From Anthoceros angustus (lineage: Eukaryota > Plantae > Anthocerotophyta): 64,000 nucleotides of DNA. How positions within the stretch are numbered: position 1 is the stretch's first letter; each line of letters opens with the position of its first letter. A program made the position numbers and the translations under genes. The stretch is from assembly GCA_010909165.1 (NCBI GenBank), contig MU008183.1:62001-126000 (forward strand), read 5' to 3'. Below are positions 12,815 through 26,899 of the stretch, one piece after another. The notes beneath the pieces were generated by a model. That model was given only the letters and a program-made list of their open reading frames with translations, was not told the origin of the DNA and did not search any database.

Positions 12815-13266
12815 CACTACAAGGAAAACATAACCTTTACAACGGACTTTACAACGGACTTTACTATGCAATTACTACTCCGAGTAAAACACCCGTAGTA
12901 AAGACAAAGCGTTAATCGTGGTAATGTCCTCATACCGTATAGGGATAAATACTATAATTTAATACGGTATGATGATGTATTCTCTTCACGTGTTAGTTAC
13001 GCCTGTGTAATTTACGACATAAATTACTTTCATCGCTTTACTAAACCCATTTTAACCATGATTAGTTATTAACGTGTCGTTTAAATCATCAACAAACCAT
13101 GGTTTATTAACTGTGAATAAACCATGGTTAATTAACGTGGTCTAATTTAAACGATCGTAGTAAAACTCTTGTAGTAAAAGTAATGTAGTAAAACTCTTGT
13201 AGTAAAAGTAATATAGTAAAATTCTTGTAGTAAAAACAATGTAGTAAAACTCTTGTAGTAAAAGCA
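12815..13266. mobile_element. Truncated CACTA left end (duplicate of 26119-26569)
   Basis: ctt|CACTACAAGGAAAAC followed by tttacaacggac and gtagtaaaa subterminal repeats, cut at the duplication junction. Confidence 0.85.
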
Positions 13267-13268
13267 GT

Positions 13269-16200
13269 AACCCTAAACGCGAAAGTACTAAGGTAAAATG
13301 AGAAAAAGCTCGAACACCATAAAGTGCGAAGTAAAACTTTTGTAGTAATTTTTGCTTGAAAGAGAGAGTGAGAGAGAGCTATAAAATTTGGGTACAGCAG
13401 ACTGGGGCAACGGCCTTTGGTCAGTTCATAATGAGGCTGGGTGATGGCCTCGCCCAGCCCTGGAACCCGTCATTTATGTGACAGTCACCGGGAACGAGAA
13501 CGGGGTGTGGCGTCTAGAATCGGCTGGCCTCTACTTAATGTACCGACTGTTCCCTGCGACGACCCTTGCCCCGCCCGCTCCCTAAGACTTGGGTGCAAAA
13601 GGAATGCGTAAAATAGGGCCCTACACCAAGCAGTCTCGGCTGCCCGGCCTCGACGCCGGTAACGCCACCAAACATGTCACAAAGTTCCCCGAATACTTGG
13701 GTGCACAAAGGAATGCGTAAAATAGTTCACAGTTCATCATGACAGCGTGATCAGCTTGACAAGGGCTGCCACCAAACATGTAATCGGAAGCTTTGATCAC
13801 CCAGCGGCGATCGGTCCACAGTGCTTCGAGAATCCTCGGTAGATGGCCATCTTCCCGCCCCTTTCGTCGTTCATCATCAACAATCTTGTGAACGCCATTG
13901 GCACCTGAATGGAAACTTTTGAATAAATCCCCATCTGTCCACACCGCTTCCCAACGATGGCCATCTTCCGTCCCCTTTCGCGGAAGACCTTCAGCCCATG
14001 TCGGGCCCCAGATCTTACACCAATCGGTTGCCGCCACCCAACTTTATCCGCCATTCCTCTCGGATCCCACCCGGCTCTGGCCCCTGTACACTGAGGTGCT
14101 TGCCTCGCCTCTTGGCGGAGGTTTGGACCCCCATGTACACTTCTACCACTCGCATTGTAGCGGGGTCCACTTCTACCACTCGCGTCTGGCAAGAAGCAGG
14201 GAGGGGAGCACTAGGACGGAAGTGGTCCCTCGGGTCCAACTCTAGCATGGCCATCCATCAAGTGTAACATCTTGTCCATCTTGTCCATCTCGACAATATC
14301 ATTCCAACCAAGAGCGCCCGATTTCTTTTCCCCTTTCTAGCATCCCGCTCCGACGAGGGTGCACGCCAACGAGCCAGGTTTGGGAACCTCCACTGTCCTT
14401 CCTTCACGACAACCCACGCCCACCGTCGTTGAAGCCAACGCTACGCTCAGCGAAAAAGCGGGTCACAAGACAAGATAATGCCCGTGGCGCCACCATAAGT
14501 CGCATTGTCCAGCTTCGCCGGCTCAAGATGGGCAAAGGGTCCACATGTTCAACAAGGAACACTTGGGCAACAAAGCAAAGTCGCCATGTGAAAGAAGAGG
14601 CACAAAATACCATGTCCAACACGCCTCATGACAGCGATTGATTCATCCAGCGTCTAGCCTTCATACGGGACAAAAAGACATCATGGGCCGGAGGGGGCGT
14701 TCGGAGTCCTGAGTCGGTGTCCGAGGAAGTGTGTCCTAGCGGATCTGGCATTCCAGTCATGGCGAACGCGGCCGTATCGAAATCGTCCACATCCGCCATG
14801 CAGTGTTGAAGACAAGCCGAATTGGCAAGGAAAGCCTAGTCGCAATTGCACTCGCAGGGAGGGAGAGAGAATGCGGCGATCGCCAAAAATCAAGTCCTCA
14901 CATTAAATGGTGCGCGCCGTAGTTGGCGGGCGAGTGATGGTGGATTGCCGCAGTAATCGATGGAATGAGGTGGCGGTGGATTGTAAAGGGGCGAAACACA
15001 TAAATGCAGTGACGGCGAGAGCACACACACGGAGGCGGCGGGCGATTGGATTGAATTGCTCAAATAGTGCGTAAGGGAGGTCAGACACGGGGAGGACGCG
15101 GGGCGCCCGGTCCGGGCGTGCTCTCGATAGTGAAACCCTAACTGCGCTGCGGCGAAAGACACGACACAAGGCCACACGTCCCACCACACGGGCATCACTG
15201 GAGTGGCTCGTGGAGCTGGGAAGTTGAGCCCTCGATAGGGCGAAGGACGGCCCAAATGAGGTGCGAACACGAGGATGGTTGGAGGGTTGCACACTAAACA
15301 CTGCAGGAATGGATTCGCAGACCTGCGCCAAGTTCAGCCTCTGGGTACACAACAATAAAATGAGGATGGGGCCGCTTCCTAAATCGGCTGAGACCGACTG
15401 CACACATCAACTAATTGCTTCCGGCAAGACGGCACGGAATGGGAACATTCAATCCGACCAGATAGCAATGGTTCGATGGCAGGAGGAGGACGGCGTGCAA
15501 GCGATGCGTAGTAGTGTCCGCAGACGAATGACGCGCTGTTGTGGTTGATCGACTTGGTTGGGCTGACTGAACCTTTACACATGAGGTCATGCCTCTCATT
15601 AGATGCCCGAGCGACCACCTCCGATAGCACAGATGGTAGGCCGGCCACCATGTTGGATGCCGGTCCAAGGAAGGCCCTCAACAAACATCGGTGTTTATGT
15701 AATATTTGTTATGAATATGGAGCGTCATGAGCCTCCATTTTTGAGGGCATAACGCCTTCTCGAATGCCCCCTGCTTTGGGTTCTAGACACCAACACCCCT
15801 ATACCATACCGGAAACGCCCCTCGAAATTAGAAAGGGTTCATGGATTCCGCCATCGGGGGTGTCTGCCGACTCCATCAAGTGCACCAAGCGTCTTGTCAG
15901 TCATGGCGAGGGGTGCATGCACAGTGATGGACGCGCGCCACCAGGAACTTGAGAACCGGGATGGGGTGGACGCGAGTAACTTGGAGGTGGCGGTGGGGCT
16001 AAGCCTGGGGGCAGACTATGGAGAGCTGGCGGAAGCGTTTAGCTTGAGCCTGCTTACACCAGAGGAGTCGGTCACAGTGCCGTCTTTTGGCAAGGGCGAG
16101 CTGGCAATGGAGGAACAGAGGGACTCCGCTGGTGAGAGCCTTGCAGCCAGAGAAACACGGCAACAAGTGAGCGCCGAGCCGTGGTTCCCGTTCAGACGCC

Positions 16201-19200
16201 ATCCGCCTGTGGAAGGGAAGCGCAGGTGGAGAGGTGATGGCGCTACCAATGAGGTAAGGTCGGTTGCTACGCACGGACGGTGATACACAACCGAGGGCGG
16301 GGTCCGGCCTGATAATACGCAATCAAGGGGGAAGCCAACTAGGGTTGGAGCAACGGGCCAAGGTCATTGGCGCATACAGAGGATGGGGCCTCAGGGCGAC
16401 TTCTGCGGCTGCAGTAGGAGGGGGCGAGGAGGCCGGAGCGTGATAAGCCACGCCACCCACCAAGCACTCTCCAATGGGATGCAAAGAGTTTTCGGCCGGG
16501 GACGGAAGCTTTGCCGGGCACCGCGCCATAGTTCGGGCCACCCCACGTGAGTGGGTGTTGGACCTACCGGCATAATGACGATGCGTAACGCGCTGGTTTG
16601 TGGGACTGGTTCGATGGGTTCAAGACAAGACCCGAGGCGGCTCTCTCAGCGAAACAGTGAGTCCGAATTCAAATGTCGAGTGGCGGGGCATTGGTTGTTG
16701 AGGGTAACCGATGTGTGTAGAATCGCTTAAGATGGGTTTTTCTTGATGGCACCACCACAACGACTTTGTGTTTCCACCGCCACGGAGGGGAGGCCGAAAG
16801 TCCGCCGGGGATTGCGCGATTGCAATTTCTTGCTCGAGTCCGGGCCGGAGGAATTGGGAGGACGAGCCCGGTTGGTAATGGGGCGTGGATGCACACGACG
16901 GGATGGCATCATGGGTGGAAGGTGAGGCGCACGAGGAGTTCAACGCGTGGGAGGAGGGAGGACGGTGCGCGCCACCCGACATGGAGGAGGATGACCCAAT
17001 GGAACCCGAGCTAAGGCATCCAACAGGGATTCCCCGATGCCTGTGGGTGCTCGTGAGATGCTGCGCCCGTGTGCAAGGACGGGTTGCGAGGTGGTGCGAC
17101 CGCAAAGCGCTTGGGGAGGTGCGAAGCTACCGATAAGTCGACATGGCCACTGAAGGTGACCGTCGCGGCACGTATGTGCCGCGGCACAGGGGACCGCAAA
17201 CATGTCCAAGAACGGGGGGCCGCTTGGGGAGGGAGAAGGCGCAATGGAAAAGAGGATAAGAGCTAGTGGCCAGCAAGCTTTACATTCTTGAAGTGCTGGA
17301 CCAAGCACCTCCGTAGCTCCGCTTGGAGCTCATAGATCTAGTGGCTGAGGAATTTCCAAGTGTGAAGAATGGTCAGAACCAAGTTTTCGAATTGCACACG
17401 GGCACGATGCTACAACCATCTGAACAGAGTGAAGAAGGCTGCCAGGATTCTCCGGACGACCCAGAAGCGGGAACCAAAGGCGAAGCCAAGGGTGAGCCGG
17501 ACGTGGTGGCCTCGCTGAATGGGGGTGGAGCAATATGAACAAGGCAATGGGGTATGGCCCCGGTGTCAGCAAATGGCAGCCGTTGAGGCGCAGGTCGAGA
17601 AGCATGGGTCTGCGGGGACGAACCCATTTGGCAGAGGTGGGGGAACGGACTTTCGGCTACGGTTTGAGGGGCTATATGGGGTGACCCCAAGTGTCCGAAA
17701 CAATTTGGGGGGCGAAACATGGTGTGGAGAAGATGGAGCAAAGATCACATGACGGGTGGGAGACCGTAAGCATGCACCTGGGCGGTGGATGGACCCTCAC
17801 GGGCCATTTGTGCTTGACCGGCTTTTATACATCAAGCTTCTTTGTACAGCGAAGCCCACGGGAGATGGACACTGAGCTTGACCGAAGCATGGGTAAGTGC
17901 TATCCAAAACTGGAGTCTTTGCGCCTAATCACCAACATCTGACTTTGCATGCCCTTTTATGCATCAGGGGGAGGGACTGTGGGGGGCGATCCACACGGTG
18001 ATGCATCAGGCAATGGTAAATGGTCTTGGACTTGCAAACCGGTCGAACGTAAGGGGATAGAGACTTTGCATATCTATTGTGGTAGGAAGAGTGATCCAAC
18101 GAAAAACTTGTCCGCTTGACAAGGGGGGCCGGAGGCAAGGCAAGTCCAGAACTCGTAAACGGTAAGAAGACAAAAAAGGATCACACAAATACACATCGAA
18201 TGGGTGGTCCGGATTCAATAGTCAATCACAATCCTTGTGGATTGCATGAACAAGAATGCGATGGGGCCTCCACAGTGTGTTTTGTGGGCCGGAGCCAATG
18301 ACAGGAGGGCTGAAGTTTCCACACTTCAACCTCGAGGGGGAAGCGCCCAACAAATTCCGCGAGCTTGCACGGGTGAGTCGCAATGTGAACGGTCGAGGAT
18401 GTAGTGCCATATTTGGGGTAGACTTCTTATCATTGTCGGCGGTGGACGCAAGGAGTGAGAGGCACCAATTGATCACGTGATGTAATGAGGCGGCGGGAGA
18501 CCGTCACCGTGGGACAAGAGTTCCCAAAACCCAAATGTACACGTCCACCCGAGAGTCACCAAGGCTCGCGGGAAGGCGGCGGGGGAGGAGCCAGTGGAGG
18601 GTGACAGCCGATCGCTTACCTAAATTTGGGGAGCACAGGAGGAAGTGAAGAGGAAGGAACCTTCGACGAGGCTTCGGCAGTTTCGAGGAAGGGAAGCAAC
18701 CGATGAAGCTGCACCAGAGTGTGAAGGAGCAATGAGGATGTAACCGCCAGAGACCGCCAGATTGAATATGTGGCGCTTAGTGACCCGCATCCGGCAGCAG
18801 TCGAAATGTGTCCGAGCATGCCGACTACACCGCTTTGTTTAGTGGAGTCGCACTTTGCACACCAATGATGTATAACATTGATATAACTGCTGGTCCGAAT
18901 TAGGCTTGCGCTAACGCTATTCAAACCGGCAGGGCGTGATGCTCCGCCACAAATTAAACGACAAACCCGGCGGGCCGAACGCGTGATGCAATCGTGGCGT
19001 GAGCGTGGATTTGATATGTCGACCGCCCTGCGCACAAAGCGTATCAAATGTCGCAGCAAGTGGGTCGTCGAGGACGTAATCAAGGAACAAAGGTACAAAG
19101 AAACTCCAGAAGCGAGTCGACCGCCAGCCCTCATGGATGGACAAATGGGTGATGGATTTGAGATGGACGCCGCTCGAGCCCAATCAAGGCCCCGGACGGC

Positions 19201-22200
19201 TCTTCGTATCGGCCCGCAAGAACGGAGGGGGCCCACCGAGGTCGGCCGCGTTTCAACCGCAGCCGGCGGGCTGGGAAGTAGTCCGGACCAGGGCGGCCGT
19301 CGCACGCACTTCGCTCGAAAGTGCCGTCATTCATTTCCGTGCACGCGGTTTCAATGACTTGTATTATGACGGAAACCCATCCCACCCTCCGCATCATTAG
19401 CAAGGCCGAATCGTTTGTCTTATTCCATGAACGATCACAAACCAAACGCTGTGTTGTAGTGATGCGGCGTGAGTTGTGAGGATGGCCGCGAATCGCGTGG
19501 GTAGCGGTGTCGAATCGTGATCACCCGTAGTTGCAAGCGAGTTGTTGGAGCCGCGCCGGTGGCACGCCCGCCTTTCGTGAGGGGTGCCGGCACCGCGAGG
19601 GTACCCGTGATTCGGTAAGAGAAGGCGCATAAGCACTTAGGGCAAGATAAGATAGCAAGCAGCCAAGGCAGCGAGCGGATTGTCGATGTTTGTTCTAGAG
19701 CACGGCAATGGATCCCAACGTAGCATAACGGAAGTTTCCTTGGACAAATGGCTCTTGGAAGTGTAGATGAGCGATTGGATCCTACATCCAAGTCAAATGA
19801 AATTTTGCACATCAAGAATCCCTTGAGTCGATCCGCGGCGGCGACAAAGGTGGTCAGACTTAGCCAAAGAGGTGAAGGGAACTCAAGGACGCTGCTGTAT
19901 GACGGTGGAGCATGAGCAAGTCCATGGTGAATCGTGATGAGGGTGTCAGAGACTACTCGTGTTGTTTTTATGCGTCGGTCCATTCTCGCATTTAGCTGCC
20001 TAGCGTAACTAGAACCCGCATATTTGTGGCGTAGGTTGTGGGATGAAGTGATTGACAAACCGTCATGGTTGGCTGATTGACTAAGGGGGAGCCAACACTA
20101 ACTTTGATGACATGCCATACATAGTTTCTCGCAGAGGAAGGGATTGGTAAGGTAATGGTGTTTCATGGTCCGGTGGACAAACGAGTTTACTCCTACTCGA
20201 AGCTGAAGCTCACACAATATCCTCACCATAAGCCAAGTGGTCGATTGAGAGGGTAGTCCCATCCGATCCATAGCATTTGAAGAGAGTGGTAGGAGTCGAA
20301 TGGAATACGAGATAGCGCCTAGTAAAATGATGTGTTCACCGGACATGGCAAAGATGTCGTCGATTTTGAGGAAAAGTTCGTGGGCAATCGATGAGATGGT
20401 GCTCAAGTACAAGTCCAATTCACGCCCGAAATGGCACTAAGGAAGATGAGCACGCTTTCTTGCAGAGAGGCACCGACTTGCTACCGGATCGCAAGGATCG
20501 ATCTTGCGGATGCGCTCGCCAGGCAAGAATGGCCAAGAAGATGTTGAAAGCGATGAAGAGGAGGAGTCGCCCACACAACCGATGCCATGCACGTGGACGA
20601 AATGTTCTCCAAATTGGAAATGTTTCCGTAGCCTCTATAGAGAAGATCTGAGTTCACCATCAAGCCCAACGAACCTCGGATCCGCCTATTTGAGGTCGAG
20701 GCAATCGGTGAAAGACACGCGTGAAGACGATGCGAAGCCCGATCTATATACCCGGAAGACAAAGAAGAGTGATTGCTAATTTCCGCATGATGCATGGTGC
20801 CGACTACGAGCTAGAACAAGCCTATGAGATGGCCGAACGGGTCATGAAGGGCGACGCGTGACAAGTGCATCGGGAGGAGCAAACCGGTGAGAGGACAAAG
20901 AAAGATGCCATGAACAACCCAAGGTTTCAAGGAAGAACTACGCACAGCACTGAAGTGAACACGCGAATTCCCACCAAGGAACACGCAGCACCCACCAACA
21001 AAGCCACGGAAATGTCTGCAGGGGGCCGCAAGGCCTTCGAGTGTGAGTATCGGGTTGGGGGACGAAGGAGAAGGAGCAATGCCGAACGTGCCAAAACCGG
21101 ACATACGGAAGCAGCATGTTGGTGCTCATCCCGAATTTAAGCCAAAGGGGGTGGAACGGATGTCCGCCAAGGCAAAATCAACGGAGGGTACACCGAAAGC
21201 GCTGCTGAGGTGCAGGCAAGAAAAGCTAGCCATGAGTGTAAGCACGGGAAGCTTGCTATCACCGAGGATTATGATTCGGATCCGAGGTGTATGCGCTAAT
21301 GGCCACGTCGCCGAGGATGAACGGACTAGCGACCGGGTGGAGCGGCAAGTAAGAAAGAAGGGTGAGAAAGGAATCACTCAAGATGCCCAAATCTTTAGGC
21401 GATGAAGAAGACCAGAGGAACGGACGTCAAGAGAAATCACCCAAATGAACTTATGCTCGAGAAGGTGATGGATGTGCCCGTGATGAGCTTGCGTGATCCG
21501 GGAGTCAAGACGCAAATTTAAGCCAGCTGAAGGCCTCGATACAAAAGGAGTCGCAGGACGCGACCAGTGTCCGGATGCGCCACCACGGGGATCACAAAGC
21601 CAGCGCAGGGGCAAAGGAGGCATTGCCATGGTCAATAATCAAGGTCGGAGGTAACGGTCAACGGCTTTGCTCCGAATATGTTGGTAGATACAGCGCGACC
21701 CGTGTTGCTCGGGCACGGCATGTAACTCCATTATACGGGATAAGCTTAAGCCATGTGAAGTGCACATTACCACATCCGCAGGAACCAAGGAACGGGTGAT
21801 GGGAATGACTCGTGAGCCAAGACGCATAGAGTTCAAGCCGTGCACAAAGGATGCCCCATCATCGAAGTTCATTGCTTGGTGTCTAACGCAAGGAACGATG
21901 TGCTACTTGGGGCTGATGCCACGCACGGCCCAGAATGGGGGTAGATGCACTGTAGCTTTTATAGGCGTGGCGGGATGGGGACTTCACACAAGTGGCCGTG
22001 ATCCCGCTTGATATGAGGCGACATGCCGAAAGATCGATAGCATGATTGCATTCACGGCTCAGACGACATTGTGCATGCAAGTGGTGGGAAGAAACTCGTG
22101 AACTCGCGGGAAGAGGAGCAGAGGAGCCAAAGCAAAGGGTGTATGTATGTAAAAACCCCTTGGCCGAAAGCTTTGGCCCGAGAGCTCACCCGACGCCAAA

Positions 22201-25200
22201 GCAGGTGTGGCAGCCACCGTGTGTGTCCGAAAAATGTTGCCCAGTTGGAGCAGATCGCTTTGAAGGATCAATACGGATGTGATTCGGTGGCAACTGACGA
22301 AGCGAGGTATACACCTCATGGAGCGTGTTCGTGGATCGAGCGGCTTGAAGCATTGAAGAGTGGAATGGTGAGGAAATACACGTGTGTTGAAGTGACGAGA
22401 AGGCACGCGAGCTAGGATTATCGGGATGCAAAGGGCGATCCCGGATTACTAAGCATGGAGGCGTGAAGGGATGTCGAGCGTTACCCCACGACGCCGATTG
22501 GTAGGGAAACGACGAAGCAGTGCCCGGCCATGTCACTGATGGGAATGCGTTTTTCCGTAGGTTGTGGAAAGGGTGACGGTGGAAGTGCAAGGGGATTGAT
22601 CAATCCATCCCACCGGTACTAAGAATGTGAGCATTCGATAAACGCGTGAACATGTGAGGAGGCTACGAGCTCGTGTTGGATAGGAGAGGAATTCATTTGA
22701 TGCGCGAACGGGCTCATACACCGGTGCGGTTTTGGACAAACGTGACGTGTAGAGGTTCTCGGCAACACCGTGAGTTGACCAAACCGAGAAACGATATGTG
22801 GATGACATCTTAGAAGAGGGCGCTCACGTGCGGAAGATGGACAAACCTCCACGATTTCAGAATAAGGTTGGGCCGAGAAGGGCTGGCCCACACTGTAAGG
22901 ACCGCAATCTTATGCCTTCGAGAGGCGGGACGTGGTGGATCTCTGGAAATGAGGTAGGTGAGCCCAAGGATGGAGCGAAAGGGCCATATGATGCGACGGA
23001 CCATCACGCGGGCATTTCAAAACATATCGATGCAAGTTGTCGGGTCAAGCGCTTGATCCGACCGCTGCAATGGCTGTTGAACGGGTCCGCCACACAAATA
23101 GATATGTGCAAGGCGGAGAGGATATGCATCTATCGCTGCTTGAAGAAGGCGAGTTTCCAACAACACACAAAGGAGGTCATACGGCGAACATCGCAGGGAT
23201 GTGACAACACAAGAGAACAGACAGTGAACTCAACACATGAGTGGCGATATGCAAGAGTTAGAAGAAGCCGATCAACGTAAGATTCGGGATACACAATGAA
23301 CCGCACACCTTCGTAGAATACCGAAGGGCGGTATGATCGTATCAAGTTCAAGATCACCACTACCACCAATGAACCAAGATTCGACGAAAGACAGCCGAGT
23401 CCCATGGAGTGGGACATTGTGGATAGGAGATGCAAGGAGGCGGACTAATCGGAAAGTCCACTCGCGGCATGTATCGTTGCCGTTAAAAAGGACGAGAATG
23501 GCGAATGGAACGACAGGAGGATGTGTGGAGACTATCGTGCTTTGAATGAGGTGACACCCATGGAGCGATATCCCATGCCAACGCCGGATGAAATCTTTGA
23601 TGCCATTGCGGCCAAGTATTTCACTACATTGGATTTCCGTCGATTCAATCAAATAGTCATCAAGAAAGAGACAAGTGCAAGACCGCTTTGGGGTAAGGAC
23701 CAGTGGGAGTGGGAAACAATGCCATTTGGTTTGAAAACGATCCATTTATTTTCGGTGGTGATTTGGAGTTACAGGAGCTGCTTGTAAGATGTTACATCGA
23801 TGATCATCTTAGTGTTCAAGAGTGAAGAACATCTCCAACACCTTGAGATTTTGCGCAAAGATTGGCCAAATGATTGAAGGCACACCCAAAGAAATGCAAG
23901 TTTGCTTACAAGGAGATAGAGTACTTGGGGCATAAGATAGTTCCGTGGGTGTTGCCTCACCGGCCAAGGTGCGGGCAATTGATCTCATGCCCGCCTAGAG
24001 ACATTGCCGCCTTTAAGGGCTGGGACTTGTCAATTACTACACGGCTTTGTCCGAAACATGAGCAAAGATATGCAAGGTAATCGTATGAATTGCTCAAGAA
24101 GGAGTGCCTTTGGGGACAAGAACAGAACGAAGCTTAAGGTGAGTTGAAGAACCAGCTAGGAAAGGCCAATGCTCAAAAGGCCTGATTTTGATAAGCCATT
24201 TGTCTTATATACTGACCGGAGTGCGGTTGGTCTTGAGTCAGGCCTGCATGATGAAGAAGGAAAGGAGTTGTCGACATGCAAGGTCCAACAATGCTGCGGA
24301 AGCAAACTACTCATCGTATGAAGGGAATGCCCGGCAGCGCGGTTTTACATTTCGAGTGTATTTGTTTCGGAGCTTAACTTGTCACGATCATCAGCCCTTC
24401 ACCGCTGATGACAAATATGAAATCGAGTGGAAAACTTGCCCGATGGGCGCCATCGCCGAATATGATATGTGCAGCCGAGGTAAAGTGCATCTCAATGCCG
24501 ACGGTCTCGAGAAACCCAATGCGACAAAGGAGATGTGGATCGAGCAAGGCAGACTTTAAACTCATTCAAAGCATGCCCGCTATTACATGGCCCTAATGTC
24601 ATGTCTGCAGAAGATGGAAGGCAACCCGAGGGAGGAAGAGACATATGGAAGAATGAGCAAGCTATACATTGCTACGGATGGATGTGTCCTGTATGGATGC
24701 CTCAAACAAAAACTACAACGGAAAATCGTCGTTATACACTTATGAAAACGGTAAGGTGTGGGTCACGGATCGTGGAGTGCTCAAGGAAGTACCACCCATA
24801 GGAGAAAGGAAGCAATTGGTGACTAAGGTACATGTCACGCTTGGCCACTTTGGAGTGAAGGACTCATCATATGTTGAAAATGCGACTTTTGGTCGGGTAT
24901 GCGACGCTGAAAAGGTGGTGGCCAAATGTGCCGCATGATGCAAAGAAGGCCGATTCACCACCAAGATATGGTGTTGCTGCTACCCATCGTGGGACTTTTC
25001 TTCGATGGTCTACGATCTAATGCCGAACTACCAATCACCGCAGGCAACAGACATTGTATGTTGATGATCGAACATTTCAAGTGGGTGGAGTTGGCCTTAC
25101 AATAAGTTCGCAATATACCGCACCGCTTTTGCAATGTGTTCTCGCAGTAGTGTCCGAGGTGTTGACGACCAAGGCAATGAGTTTCGAGGAGAGTTTCAAG

Positions 25201-26569
25201 CACGCTGGATCAAGTCCGATAGATCAGCGAACCTCCCGGATCACCCTCAGTCAAGAGCGCAGTCCGACCTTCAAGGACTCGCAAATATTGTATGGAGATT
25301 GAGCCCGCTTTGGGACGAGCTATTGCCCTATGTAGCTCTAGGATACAATCGGTGGCGCGCTTGGTAACTTCCCTACTATATCATGTTTGGCCGAAATGCA
25401 ATGCCCAACATAGTGGCATACTTATTCCAAGCCCGTGGATCGGGCACAGATCCTATGGGATGTTTGTTTGCAAGCAAGAGCAAAGCTGTTTAACGGTGAT
25501 GCCAATGGCCATGGATAATCTTGCTATAGCCCAACATCGGGACCAACTTCGATATGCATTCTGTGGAGGATCTGGAAACCCAAAGCAAGGAAGTTTGAGG
25601 CGACTTGTTACAAAGATCCCCTCAACTACTTTAGATGTGAGCATCGACGCTTGATCTGAGTAGTCCACGCTGTGAGCAAGGGGTGATTGAGTTGAAGGGC
25701 AAGATGGGCGCCAAAAGAGCACATGCGCACACCGCACCGCATTTGCCCAATCGGACACAAGAACGCAAACCGCAGCATGGAAACCACCGATTGATCCGCT
25801 TTGTGAGTTCTGCGTCACGCTATCGATCCCGATGATGTTGCTTTGTGACAAATGCAGAGGGTACCATTTTTTGCGACCGCCACTCGAACAATTCCAAGGT
25901 GAATGGTTCTCACACCTGTGCCAACCACAAGCAAATCAAGTGGTCAGCTGTCCAGTGCCTCATGAATGTTGCAAGTCCGCCAACCACGCACCCAATAGGG
26001 TCAATTGCTAAAGAGCCCGTTTCGCAAGCTGCGCACAGAGTATGAGTGTGGTAGTGACAAAGTTGTTGATGGAAATACAAATGAGTGTTTGAAGCCCACA
26101 CAGAAACGGGTCACACTTCACTACAAGGAAAACATAACCTTTACAACGGACTTTACAACGGACTTTACTATGCAATTACTACTCCGAGTAAAACACCCGT
26201 AGTAAAGACAAAGCGTTAATCGTGGTAATGTCCTCATACCGTATAGGGATAAATACTATAATTTAATACGGTATGATGATGTATTCTCTTCACGTGTTAG
26301 TTACGCCTGTGTAATTTACGACATAAATTACTTTCATCGCTTTACTAAACCCATTTTAACCATGATTAGTTATTAACGTGTCGTTTAAATCATCAACAAA
26401 CCATGGTTTATTAACTGTGAATAAACCATGGTTAATTAACGTGGTCTAATTTAAACGATCGTAGTAAAACTCTTGTAGTAAAAGTAATGTAGTAAAACTC
26501 TTGTAGTAAAAGTAATATAGTAAAATTCTTGTAGTAAAACAATGTAGTAAAACTCTTGTAGTAAAAGCA
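13269..26569 (+). repeat. Copy 2 of the ~13.3 kb tandem duplication
   Basis: Near-identical to 73-13268. The match ends at ...gtagtaaaagca (13266 vs 26569), inside CACTA subterminal repeats. Confidence 0.97.
20150..26118 (+). mobile_element. Ty3/Gypsy internal region, copy 2 (PR ~21680, RT ~23280-24130, RH ~24180-24520, INT ~24780-25780, PHD 25802-25921)
   Basis: Same motifs as copy 1 at an offset of about 13303. Confidence 0.93.
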
Positions 26570-26700
26570 ATGTAGTAAAACTTTTGTAGTAAAAGTAATA
26601 TAGTAAAACTCTTGTAGTAAAAGTAATGTAGTAAAACCCTTATAGTAAAGCCACCAAATGAAAAGTGAGTAAAATATCCGTAGTAAAAGTATCGTAGTAA
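26459..26700 (+). repeat. CACTA subterminal array, unit ~31 bp (gtagtaaaactcttgtagtaaaagtaat)
   Basis: Directly visible tandem gtagtaaaa motifs. Confidence 0.9.
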
Positions 26701-26899
26701 GTGAATGATCCCTAAAAGCATTTGTAAAAGAAAAGGGCTTAGAGTGTTTAGGAGTTTGTTCACAAAATATGGCTGAATCTACTATCTAGACCAGACCACG
26801 CCATCATTCGAGTCTCGGCTCATCCTCGCACAAGGTGCACTTGTCTCTCCATGCACAACATCTCTATGGCAGAGCCCAAAATTGTCCAACTGCAAAAAG

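Larger units (their letters stand above)
73..13268 (+). repeat. Copy 1 of a ~13.2-13.3 kb tandem duplication
   Basis: ORFs recur at offsets of 13222 (399 vs 13621) to 13304 (12701 vs 26005). The start aaccctaaa..gaaagtactaaggtaaaatgag at 73 recurs at 13269. Confidence 0.97.
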
